Origin: Candidatus Caldarchaeum subterraneum
GTDB lineage: Archaea > Thermoproteota > Nitrososphaeria_A > Caldarchaeales > Caldarchaeaceae
DNA length: 64,000 bases
Assembly (NCBI GenBank): GCA_937934305.1
Contig: CALHAG010000001.1
Span: 12,422 to 76,421 of the forward strand
Direction: 5' to 3'
The position numbers and the translations under genes were made by a program. Each line of letters starts with the position of its first letter. Position 1 is the first letter of the stretch. Below the pieces are notes generated by a model that was not told where the DNA came from, searched no databases, and saw nothing but the letters and a program-made list of their open reading frames with translations. Below are positions 46,747 to 55,612 of this stretch, in pieces.

Positions 46747-47979
46747 ATGGATTATCCAACCAAGGCAATGAACAAAACAACCACCACCCTAACACTCCTC
46801 ATAATCATAGGGCTGGTGGGCGGGTTTTTCCTCGGCCAATCCACCGCTCAGCCCGGTGTTCGTACGGTTTATGTGACGTCTGTTGATACGCGGACTGTTT
46901 CTGTGACGTTTACGGTGGCTACAACTGTGACGGAGGTTGTTGAGCGTCATGGGCCTGATGTGAGGTATGCGAAGCTGTTTGCTCTAGAGAACCGTGGAGG
47001 ATATGTTTTGCTGCGTGATGGATTGAATAGAACTGTTGTGGCTGTGCCGCGTGGTGCCGCTGTGCCTGATGTGAGGGCTGATTTGGTGGTGCGTATTCCT
47101 GTGCAGCGTGCCGTGTTGATGTCGGCTACTCATGTGGCTCTTGTCGAGAGACTTCGCGAATATGACCCCGCGTTGCTCGGCCGCGTCGCGGGACTGATGT
47201 GGGGCGGCAGCTACTCATGGTTTTTCCCCGAGGTTGAGAGATTGCTGCAGAGAGGTGTGATAAAGGATGTGGGCGCGGCGTGGTCGCCTGACTATGAGCA
47301 GCTTGTCGCGCTTCAGCCCGACCTCGTCATGATATACACTTATCCAGGGGACCCTGTTGTCTCGAAGCTTGAGGAGCTTAAGCTGCCCTACGTCGTCGTC
47401 TCCGAGTATCTCGAGGATGATTTGCTTGGACGGTTTGAGTGGATAAAGTTTGTGGCGGCCTTTTTTGAGCTGGGAGATGTCGCGGATAAGGTGTTTAGCT
47501 TTGTTGAGCAGAGTGTTCTGCTCACTTCTCTCCGGGCTAAAGCTCTTGTCGCGCATGGTGTTTCCGCTCCTAAGGTTGTCTGGTTCAGCGTTTACCGTGG
47601 AACGGTGTATGTCGCGGGTGGCGGAAGCTATGTGGCCAGAGCGTTGAAAGACCTCGGCGCATCCTATGTCTTCTCCGACATCGCTTCAACTGGCTCGGCG
47701 ACCGTCACACCTGAGGAACTTGTAGCACGTGCACTTGACGCCGACGTCATCATCCTCTCGACAGACCTCATCACCACCCGTGAGGACCTGTTGAAGGAGC
47801 TGCCTCAGCTCGCAGATTCGAAGGCTTTCCGCGAGAACAGAGTGTATCGCTACAGCAGCGACATCTTTCAGCTGGGCTACTATGCTTCCGAGGATTGGTT
47901 CAGGGATTTGGCTAAGATGCTTTATCCCGAGGCTTTTGACGGCGGAGGTGGGCCGAGGTTTTTCGTGGAGGTGCGTTAG
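46747..47979 (+). CDS. Iron-siderophore/cobalamin-type ABC transporter substrate-binding protein
   Basis: N-terminal TM anchor plus a Thr/Val-rich linker, then a class III SBP-like body. First gene of an SBP-permease-ATPase operon. Confidence 0.65.
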   Translation: MDYPTKAMNKTTTTLTLLIIIGLVGGFFLGQSTAQPGVRTVYVTSVDTRTVSVTFTVATTVTEVVERHGPDVRYAKLFALENRGGYVLLRDGLNRTVVAVPRGAAVPDVRADLVVRIPVQRAVLMSATHVALVERLREYDPALLGRVAGLMWGGSYSWFFPEVERLLQRGVIKDVGAAWSPDYEQLVALQPDLVMIYTYPGDPVVSKLEELKLPYVVVSEYLEDDLLGRFEWIKFVAAFFELGDVADKVFSFVEQSVLLTSLRAKALVAHGVSAPKVVWFSVYRGTVYVAGGGSYVARALKDLGASYVFSDIASTGSATVTPEELVARALDADVIILSTDLITTREDLLKELPQLADSKAFRENRVYRYSSDIFQLGYYASEDWFRDLAKMLYPEAFDGGGGPRFFVEVR

Positions 47980-48981
47980 ATGCGGGGCTGGGCTTTTCCC
48001 CTTCTCTCAACAGCTCTTTTCGCATCGTTTCTCTCCTCTGTTTTTTTCGGCAGCGTACGTGTTCCGCCCAGCGATGTTTTGATGTATCTGCTTGGTTGGA
48101 GAAGCGGGGTCCCTGTGTTCGATGTGGTTGTTGACATGCGGCTGGTGAGAGGGGTTGCGGCTGTTTTGACCGGGGCTTCGCTCGGTGTGGCGGGCGCCGT
48201 TCTCCAGTCTCTTTTCCGCAACCCTTTGGCGGACCCGTTTGTCCTCGGCATATCCTCGGGCTCCTCCCTCGCCATCGCGCTCACACTCGTCGCAGGATTG
48301 GGCGCGGGCCTCATCCAAGCATACGACCCCTACGCGCTCTACGTGGCCGCAGCCGCGGGAGCCGTAGCCACATCACTCGCCGTCGTCATCTTCTCAACCA
48401 TCGCTAAGACAGCGATTGGCCTGATACTCGCTGGAGTGATGCTCGGCTACCTAAACGCTGGCCTCACAACCCTGCTGATAACCCTCTCACCCGTGGAGAC
48501 GATGCGTGCCTTCAGCTTCTGGACGCTTGGGACTTTTTCGGCTGCGAAGTGGTCTCTGGTTGAGCCTGTGCTTCCCCTGTTCGCCGTTGGTCTTGTTGCT
48601 TCTCTTCTCGTCGCCAAGCCCCTCAACGCTCTCACATTCGGTGAGGAGATGGCTGCTTCCATGGGAGCATGGGTTCGCGGGGGCCGTGTCGCAGCTGTCG
48701 CCGCCTCTTCTGCCGTGGTCGCTCTCGCAACAGTTGTCGCAGGGCCCATAGGGTTCATAGGCCTCGCCGCTCCACACGTCGCCCGTCTCCTCGCAAAATC
48801 GGTTGACAACCGCGTCGTCATCCCACTCTCAGGCCTCGCCGGAGCAACCCTCGCCACAGCATCCGACATCGCAGCACGCAACATCATGCCGCCCCTCGAC
48901 CTGCCGCTCACAGCCATCACATCACTTTTCGGCGCACCCATCATTCTCATACTTCTACTCCGAGGTGGGAAATGGGTTTGA
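47980..48981 (+). CDS. FecCD/BtuC-family ABC permease
   Basis: 333 aa with about 9-10 TM segments and Gly/Ala-rich helices typical of FecCD. The ATG overlaps the SBP stop. Confidence 0.8.
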   Translation: MRGWAFPLLSTALFASFLSSVFFGSVRVPPSDVLMYLLGWRSGVPVFDVVVDMRLVRGVAAVLTGASLGVAGAVLQSLFRNPLADPFVLGISSGSSLAIALTLVAGLGAGLIQAYDPYALYVAAAAGAVATSLAVVIFSTIAKTAIGLILAGVMLGYLNAGLTTLLITLSPVETMRAFSFWTLGTFSAAKWSLVEPVLPLFAVGLVASLLVAKPLNALTFGEEMAASMGAWVRGGRVAAVAASSAVVALATVVAGPIGFIGLAAPHVARLLAKSVDNRVVIPLSGLAGATLATASDIAARNIMPPLDLPLTAITSLFGAPIILILLLRGGKWV

Positions 48982-50195
48982 TGCGGGTTTTCGGCCTATC
49001 AGCGGGCTATGGCTCTGTGCCTGTTGTCTCGGATGTGGACTTGGGGCTGTGGGCCGGCGAGTTTGTGGTGGTCATCGGCCCCAACGCCGCGGGCAAAACA
49101 ACCTTCCTCAAAACCTTGGCGGGGTTGGCTAAGCCTGTCAAGGGAGTTATCTATCTATCCGGTGAGGATTTGCGGATGCATGGGCTTCGGCAGAGGGCGA
49201 GGAACATAGCCGCTGTCTTGACGGGGAGGCCCGACGTCTCGGGGATGCTTGTTGAAGAGGTTGTGGGGCTAGGACGATACGCGTGGACGGGGCCGCTTCA
49301 CATGCTTGGCCCCTTGGATAAACAGGCCGTGGAGGATGCGATGAAGAAGACAGGTGTTGCGCATCTCAGGGGCCGCAGAGTCTCCGAGCTAAGCGACGGC
49401 CAGCTCCAGCGCGTGTTGATAGCGAGGGCCCTCGCCCAGCAGCCCCGCGTCCTCATCCTCGACGAACCCACCACACATCTCGACGCAAAATCAAGACTCG
49501 AAATCATCACCCTCCTACACAGCCTCGCTCACCGCGAAAACCTCACAGTCATCGCCTCAACCCACGAGCTCGAACTCGCCCTCCGCTTCGCCGACAGACT
49601 GATACTCATAGCAGAAGGAAAAGCAATAGCCGCCGACGACCCCTCAGAACTCATCAAAGACCAAAGATTCATCAAAGCCTTCGGACTAGCCGACGGCGTA
49701 ACACTCTCCCACACAACCCTCTCAATAGAATACCGCCCACACAGAAACACCGGCGTAGCCCCTGTCTTCGTAATCGCTGGAGCCGGAACCGGCGCAGCTT
49801 TCTACAGGCTATTACTCAAGACAGGCTATGATGTTGTGACGGGTGTGCTTCACGAGAACGATGTCGACCACCATGTAGCTTCCAGCCTTGGCCTCGACAT
49901 CGTTTCCGAGCGGCCCTACACGAGGATAAGCTGGGAAAAGCTGAGCCAAGCCGAGGAAAAAATGTGCAACGCATCCGCAGTTGTTTACACCAGTCCACCC
50001 CTCGGCGAGCAGAACATGGGGAACTACATCTTGTTAGAGAAAGCCGTTGAACACGGTCTCCCCACATACGTCGTCGGAATAATCCATAGAGGAGCCGAGA
50101 CAATTCACACGCCCCGCGAACTCGTAGCCAAACTCGCCAAAACACAGAACTCAGGAAGAGAGGCCTTGAAGCCTTTTCCTCGCCCTGACAAGTAA
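48972..50195 (+). CDS. FepC/BtuD-like ABC ATPase with an extra C-terminal domain of about 150 aa
   Basis: Walker A 'GPNAAGKTT', signature 'LSDGQLQRVLIARAL', Walker B 'LILDEPTTHLD'. Residues about 255-407 form an additional domain ('VFVIAGAGTGAAFY...'). Confidence 0.75.
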   Translation: MGLMRVFGLSAGYGSVPVVSDVDLGLWAGEFVVVIGPNAAGKTTFLKTLAGLAKPVKGVIYLSGEDLRMHGLRQRARNIAAVLTGRPDVSGMLVEEVVGLGRYAWTGPLHMLGPLDKQAVEDAMKKTGVAHLRGRRVSELSDGQLQRVLIARALAQQPRVLILDEPTTHLDAKSRLEIITLLHSLAHRENLTVIASTHELELALRFADRLILIAEGKAIAADDPSELIKDQRFIKAFGLADGVTLSHTTLSIEYRPHRNTGVAPVFVIAGAGTGAAFYRLLLKTGYDVVTGVLHENDVDHHVASSLGLDIVSERPYTRISWEKLSQAEEKMCNASAVVYTSPPLGEQNMGNYILLEKAVEHGLPTYVVGIIHRGAETIHTPRELVAKLAKTQNSGREALKPFPRPDK

Positions 50196-50312
50196 CTCAC
50201 CAGTCTTACTGCCCGGCACAAAATTCACCGGATGAGGCGAAGCCGTCTCACCGCCACAGCTGGGACACCGCTCCCTCAAAGTATAGACACCGCATACAAC
50301 ACATCGCCTCAT
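50151..50312 (-). CDS. nop10: H/ACA ribonucleoprotein component Nop10
   Basis: Internal Met of ORF 50151..50366 gives 'MRRCVVCGVYTLRERCPSCGGETASPHPVNFVP...'. This matches the archaeal Nop10 pattern C..CG.YTL.E.CP.CG..T..HP..F.P. Confidence 0.6.
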   Translation of the reverse strand: MRRCVVCGVYTLRERCPSCGGETASPHPVNFVPGSKTGELLVRARKRLQGLSS

Positions 50313-50382
50313 CCTCCCAGCCTTCAACAACCAAAACAATTTAGGGAAAACTATAAACCTGTTCACTCAAGGACGCTGTGGG

Positions 50383-51114
50383 ATGAAACCTGTTGTTCTC
50401 TGCGGCGGCGAAGGAAGCAGGCTGAGACCCCTCACCTACTATTTTCAGAAGACCATGATCCCCATCGGACGAGGGCAAAAGCCTCTGCTCGAGTACATTC
50501 TGATGCATCTCAAGGCTCATGGGTTTGAGGAGGCGGTGCTGCTTGTAGGATACAAGGGGGAGCAGGTTGTCAACTATTTTGGCGACGGCGACAGAGTTGG
50601 AATGAGGCTCACCTATGTGTGGGATAGGGAGGATGCTAAGGGGACTTGCGGAGCATTGTTAAACGCCTTGAGAGAAAACGCCTTCGCCATGGATGACACT
50701 CTTCTCATCTATTACGGCGACATCCTCACCAACCTCAGCCTCTCAGAACTCGTCGAACAACATGCCCGAGAGAAAGCAATCGCAACCCTTGCCGTCTCAC
50801 CGCGCTACCAGCTTCCCGTCGGCGTCGCCACAATCGAGAACAACCGCGTAACCGAAATGCGTGAAAAACCCTTCATCAACATCAACGTAACCATAGGACT
50901 ACTCATCCTCGAGGCAAAAGCACTCGCATACGCGGAAAACGCTTCAGACATCATGTCAGACCTCATCCCTAGGCTGATAGAGAAAAAAGAAAAAGTCGCG
51001 GCATATGTCACAGAAGCTTTCTGGTATGACGTCGGCTCAACCGAGAAATACGAAAAACTCACCCACGACATCGTCGAAAAATATCTTGAAGGCCTCCATC
51101 AAACAAGTCACTAA
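50383..51114 (+). CDS. Sugar-phosphate nucleotidyltransferase
   Basis: 'VVLCGGEGSRLRPLT' N-terminal signature. 243 aa. Confidence 0.8.
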   Translation: MKPVVLCGGEGSRLRPLTYYFQKTMIPIGRGQKPLLEYILMHLKAHGFEEAVLLVGYKGEQVVNYFGDGDRVGMRLTYVWDREDAKGTCGALLNALRENAFAMDDTLLIYYGDILTNLSLSELVEQHAREKAIATLAVSPRYQLPVGVATIENNRVTEMREKPFININVTIGLLILEAKALAYAENASDIMSDLIPRLIEKKEKVAAYVTEAFWYDVGSTEKYEKLTHDIVEKYLEGLHQTSH

Positions 51115-51336
51115 ATCCGCCGCTTTCTCCGCAACAAAGCCAATTTTCTACGCACAAAAGATGGATGAGCTCCTACATCCCTAGCTATGATGCTGGCGTC
51201 GTCAACACCTCTCCTCCAAAATTCCTCTATTCCAGCGTCGACGGCTATCCGCCTGAGCCATGAGTAAAGCTTACGGGGAATTCTCAGCCCATAGTTCATC
51301 CTTAGAACATCCAAGTTTTCCAAGATAACGAAAGCC

Positions 51337-51564
51337 TTACGTTTCAAAACTGTACCTGGAAGCTGCGTCGAGGATGGCTTTGCCGAGCGAGGTGTTGGAT
51401 ATGGTGAACACATCACCCATCCTCTCCACGTAGCCATTCTCTTTCAGAGACTTTAGAACCCTGTAAGCCTGCCGCCTGCTAACACCCAGCTCAAAAGCCA
51501 AATCCTTCACAGACATGGGGCTCCTCAACAACAGCTCCAGACATTTAGCAGCCGTGCCCATCAA
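51337..51564 (-). CDS. Small winged-helix transcriptional regulator
   Basis: 75 aa. 'MSVKDLAFELGVSRRQAYRVLKSLKENGYV' is a typical HTH. Confidence 0.55.
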   Translation of the reverse strand: MMGTAAKCLELLLRSPMSVKDLAFELGVSRRQAYRVLKSLKENGYVERMGDVFTISNTSLGKAILDAASRYSFET

Positions 51565-51671
51565 AGTAAATCACGCATTCCTACGTCACAAATATATAAA
51601 CCCGTGTCATTAAAATGTTAATCTCAGAGCACAAACACAACAACTAATAGAGGAGCTTATCCATATTTCAC

Positions 51672-52061
51672 ATGGTTCTGGATGAGAATGTGAAGAGAAT
51701 TGTTCACGGCCGAAACTTTGGTTTCTTGGCGACGGTGAACCCTGATGGTTCTCCGCAGGTTTCGCCTGTTTGGGTTGATGAGGCGGATGGCTACCTCTTC
51801 GTCAACACGGCTGTTGGACGGGTGAAGGAGAGGAACACGCGGCGTGACCCGAGGGTTGCTTTAGCCGTGCCCGACTGGCAGAACCCATATGAATACGCCT
51901 ACATCACGGGCCGCGTCGTCGAACGTATAACGGGCCCCGAGGCCGAGGAACACATCGACAAACTCGCCATCAAATACACAGGCGAGAAATTCAAGTGGCG
52001 AACACCGGGCGTAAAAAGAGTCATTCTCAAGATAAAGCCCGAAAAAGCCGGCATATACTAA
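51672..52061 (+). CDS. Pyridoxamine 5'-phosphate oxidase-like FMN/F420-binding protein
   Basis: 'GFLATVNPDGSPQVSPVW' split-barrel signature. 129 aa. Confidence 0.7.
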   Translation: MVLDENVKRIVHGRNFGFLATVNPDGSPQVSPVWVDEADGYLFVNTAVGRVKERNTRRDPRVALAVPDWQNPYEYAYITGRVVERITGPEAEEHIDKLAIKYTGEKFKWRTPGVKRVILKIKPEKAGIY

Positions 52062-52199
52062 ACCATCCAAATCTCAGATGCATCCGAGCAGGGCGGCGAC
52101 CTAGGGACATTAGCTCGTCGAATCTCCTTTCAGCAACAATCTTCTCTAACCATTAGATACTCCTCGAACAATAACATAGAAAGGCATCGACTATACAGG

Positions 52200-52649
52200 T
52201 TAAAGCTCGTTTAGAAAGATAAGCTGCGTCTCGAAAGGTTGTTTGTTGATTTCTTCTTCAAGCTCTTTTTCCTTTTTCGCGAACATGACTTTAAACCCAT
52301 TTTTTTCTCCAGCGGCTATGGTTATACAATCGACCAGTGATAAAGCTCGTCGGCATTTTAACTGTGCCGCCCTCCGCAAGTAGGGCGTTATGTCCAGCAT
52401 GTGTATGTATCCGGAATTTAGCAGTTTGTTAACTATTTCTTCGGCCTTTTCCCATCCAAGTTTTCTGCAGATGAGGTATCTGAGTTCTGTTATGTTAATC
52501 TCCGTGGTGAAGGAGTTGATCATTTCTTGCCTAATAAGTTCGGCCAGCCGTTTCCCGGCCTCTGTCCCCGCCAGCAGCTCAACAAGGACGCCTGTATCAA
52601 GTATTGTATCGCCGAGCTCTTTTCTCCTCATCCAGCCGTCTCTCCTCAT
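52200..52649 (-). CDS. vapC: PIN-domain toxin VapC
   Basis: 'ILDTGVLVELL' N-terminal Asp and a later 'SLVDCITIA' Asp. About 140 aa. Overlaps the upstream small gene. Confidence 0.65.
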   Translation of the reverse strand: MRRDGWMRRKELGDTILDTGVLVELLAGTEAGKRLAELIRQEMINSFTTEINITELRYLICRKLGWEKAEEIVNKLLNSGYIHMLDITPYLRRAAQLKCRRALSLVDCITIAAGEKNGFKVMFAKKEKELEEEINKQPFETQLIFLNEL

Positions 52650-52845
52650 AAAGCTCTTCCGTCGATATCATGGGGACGGAGCCTATTATCGAATCCAGCA
52701 CCTCAGGCTTCTTCTCCTGTCTCAGAAGCAAATGCCGTATAGCTTCGTCTAGGTCTACACGGCGGCCATATCGTTTTTGAAGTGTAGCAGCGAAGCGGAC
52801 AAGCATCTCCTTTGTTTGTTTTGCTACCTTTATAGTTGAAGACAC
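52597..52845 (-). CDS. vapB: Putative antitoxin VapB
   Basis: 82-aa basic protein directly upstream of, and overlapping, the PIN gene. Confidence 0.5.
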   Translation of the reverse strand: MSSTIKVAKQTKEMLVRFAATLQKRYGRRVDLDEAIRHLLLRQEKKPEVLDSIIGSVPMISTEELYEERRLDEEKRARRYNT

Positions 52846-53133
52846 CAGCTACACCAAGTATACTAAATATATCGTAAAATTTAAGCCATCAGCCAGCTAC
52901 AAACCTCTCGAAAGACACAAAAATGTTATGAACCCTTCCAGGTCGAGCCGTGTGTTGGAGATGTTGTTTATCGGGGAGAACTAACCGCCTTAGGCTAACA
53001 TGTCATAGGGGACCGGGGCGGGTGAAGAGGTTTGTTGTAACGTATTTTGTTTTTGTGTCGGGTTTTTATTTTGGTTGTTTTTCGATATATCGTGATGCGT
53101 AGAATTTGGCCCAGCCATGGACAGTTCTTCGCC

Positions 53134-53571
53134 ATGAAACGTGGCGGTATTAGGCTACTCATCCTCAGGGCTCTTAGCCAGCGGCCGATGCATGGTTATG
53201 ATGTTGCGAAGGAGATTTCACGGATGTTTGGTGGCTTGTATGAACCGAGCGCTGGCACAATCTATCCTACTCTTCAGTGGCTTGAGGATGAGGGGATGGT
53301 TGCTACCGAGATGGTTGATGGGAAGCGTGTTTACCGGTTGACCGAGGCGGGTGCACGGTATCTTGAAGATAACAGGGAGAGGCTAGAGGGGTTGATGAAT
53401 CTTTGGAGCAGCGAATGCGGCTCCGAGAAAATGGAGCTTCTGAAGACGGGTAGAAGGCTTGCGCAGACATTCATGATGGTGATGGCGGAGAATGATGCGG
53501 AGAAGCTTCGAGCCGCGGCCGATATTTTGGAGGATGCGAGGAGAAGGCTTTCGGAGCTGGTGATGCGGTGA
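53134..53571 (+). CDS. PadR-family transcriptional regulator
   Basis: 'LLILRALSQRPMHGYDVAKEISRMFGGLYEPSAGTIYPTLQWLEDEGMV' PadR winged helix. Internal Met of ORF 53047..53571. Confidence 0.8.
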   Translation: MKRGGIRLLILRALSQRPMHGYDVAKEISRMFGGLYEPSAGTIYPTLQWLEDEGMVATEMVDGKRVYRLTEAGARYLEDNRERLEGLMNLWSSECGSEKMELLKTGRRLAQTFMMVMAENDAEKLRAAADILEDARRRLSELVMR

Positions 53572-54566
53572 TGGAGTCGATTGTTGTTGAGGGGCTTGTG
53601 AAGAAGTTCGGCGACTTTACGGCGGTGAACGGTGTGAGCTTCTCCGTCGGAGAGGGTGAGCTCTTCGGCTTCCTCGGCCCCAACGGCGCAGGCAAAACCA
53701 CAACCATCAACATCCTCACCACACTGCTCAAGCCAACAGCGGGAAAAGCCACAGTCGCCGGCTACGACGTCTCAACACATCCACACCAGGTTAGGAAACG
53801 GGTCGGGCTTGTGCCTCAGGAGCTAACAGTCGACGATGACTTGACAGGCATGGAGAACCTGATGCTCCAAGCAGGGCTATACCACATTCCACGCAGCGAG
53901 GCTCGGCGCAGAGCACTCGAGCTTCTCGACCTCGTCGGTTTACGAGAGTTCGCGGACAAGAGGGTGGAGACCTATTCAGGCGGTATGCGGAAACGGCTTG
54001 ACCTGATAGCGGGTCTGATGCATGAGCCGGAGGTGCTTTTCCTCGACGAGCCCACTCTCGGCCTCGACGTCGCCACCCGCGCAGCAATCTGGGACTACAT
54101 CAGACGCCTGCGAAAAGAAACGGGAACAACAGTTTTTCTCACAACACATTACATGGACGAGGCCGACAACCTCTGCGACCGCATCGCGATAATCGACAGA
54201 GGCGTCATCAAAGCAATCGACACAGGTGAGGGGCTGAAGGCGAGGCTTGGTGGAGACATCATCGAGCTTGAGCTGGTGGAGAATGGTTTGGATGTTGTGC
54301 GTCTGCTCGAGGGTGTTGAAGGGATCAGACGCGTGTATGTCGACGGCGGTGTCTATAGGTTGACTGTAGAGAGAGGTGATAAGATGCTTCCGCATGTTCT
54401 CGAGGTGCTTATCCAACGTGGTGTAGCTGTGAAGCGTGTTAGCATGAAGAGGCCTTCGCTTGACGAGGTGTTTCTCGAGTTCACGGGCCGTAAGCTCCGT
54501 GAAGAGTCTGGCAGCTGGGAGGACACGTTTAGGAGAAGGATGGTTCTGAGGAGGATGAGAGCATGA
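53568..54566 (+). CDS. ABC-2-type exporter ATP-binding protein
   Basis: Walker A 'GPNGAGKTTTI', signature 'YSGGMRKRLDLIAGL', Walker B 'LFLDEPTLGLD'. Confidence 0.9.
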   Translation: MMESIVVEGLVKKFGDFTAVNGVSFSVGEGELFGFLGPNGAGKTTTINILTTLLKPTAGKATVAGYDVSTHPHQVRKRVGLVPQELTVDDDLTGMENLMLQAGLYHIPRSEARRRALELLDLVGLREFADKRVETYSGGMRKRLDLIAGLMHEPEVLFLDEPTLGLDVATRAAIWDYIRRLRKETGTTVFLTTHYMDEADNLCDRIAIIDRGVIKAIDTGEGLKARLGGDIIELELVENGLDVVRLLEGVEGIRRVYVDGGVYRLTVERGDKMLPHVLEVLIQRGVAVKRVSMKRPSLDEVFLEFTGRKLREESGSWEDTFRRRMVLRRMRA

Positions 54567-55435
54567 GGGAGATACTGGGTGAGATAGGTGTGTTGACCAT
54601 GCGCGAGATACGTAAATGGCTGCGGTCGCCGTTTCTGATGTTTTTCACGCTTGTCCAGCCGGTTATCTGGATGGGGCTGTTCGGCAAAGCATTCAACATC
54701 ACAGGCTTCATCCGCATACCTGATGAGATGCTCCAAAACCTGCCGCCATACGTTACGTCTCAGCTGGCGGAGATATTCAACAACATGATGACAAGGCTCT
54801 TCGGGACAGCGGACATCGACTACTTCAGCTACATCGCGGTCGGTATGCTCAGCATCACTATTCTTTTTTCCTCGATGTCGAGCGGCATGGGCATCGCATG
54901 GGATAGACGACTAGGTTTTCTCAACAAGCTTCTCGCAGCACCCATTTGGCGCGGCTCCATCATCGTCTCCAAAGTGTTGTCAGGCGTGTTACGGGCGGTC
55001 ATGCAGGCTGCGCTGCTTCTTCTCGTGGCCCTCGCATTCGGCGCACGGTTCCATGTATTGTTTCCGCTGGGGCCTCTTGCGGCTTTTGGGGCGCTTTTCT
55101 TCCTCGCGCTAGGGCTTACCTCGCTATTCATCGCGCTCGGGCTTCGGCTGAAGAGCTGGGAGTCGCAGGCAGCTGTCATGAACCTGCTCAACCTCCCGCT
55201 CATGTTCGCGAGCAACGCACTCTACCCCATCGCTCTCATGCCATCGTGGCTCCAAGCCGTCGCACAAGCCAACCCCATCAGCTACGCCGTAGACGCCGTC
55301 CGACAGTCGCTCATCTACGGTGCGGCCGCAGACCCTTCAAAGCTCCTCCTAGACCTAGGAGCGGTGGCCGTCTTCGCAATATCCTTCACCGCAATAGGTG
55401 TGTTGATAGCTGACAAAGGCCTCAGAGGAGGCTAG
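54563..55435 (+). CDS. ABC-2-family transporter permease
   Basis: 290 aa, 6 TM. Overlaps the ATPase stop by 4 nt. Confidence 0.8.
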   Translation: MREILGEIGVLTMREIRKWLRSPFLMFFTLVQPVIWMGLFGKAFNITGFIRIPDEMLQNLPPYVTSQLAEIFNNMMTRLFGTADIDYFSYIAVGMLSITILFSSMSSGMGIAWDRRLGFLNKLLAAPIWRGSIIVSKVLSGVLRAVMQAALLLLVALAFGARFHVLFPLGPLAAFGALFFLALGLTSLFIALGLRLKSWESQAAVMNLLNLPLMFASNALYPIALMPSWLQAVAQANPISYAVDAVRQSLIYGAAADPSKLLLDLGAVAVFAISFTAIGVLIADKGLRGG

Positions 55436-55612
55436 GCTTAAAGCCATCGTCAAATGACTTCCATCAACATAGATAAATGGTGTAGTTTGGCAGGCCTACA
55501 GGGTATAACGATGGCCAAGTTCAAATTATCCCATACAAATGGTATTCATTCGGCTCTGTGTCAGATTAAAACTCTTAAATAAGTCTCCGCTGAAGATATC
55601 GGTGAAGGTTAA

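Noticed and set aside
51111-51437. 108-aa minus-strand ORF overlapping the 3' end of the HTH regulator gene and the end of the nucleotidyltransferase gene
   Set aside because: Its N-terminal half is out-of-frame overlap with the HTH gene. Only a short Lys/Arg-rich C-terminal part would be free-standing. No motif. Possibly a small basic protein, but unsupported.
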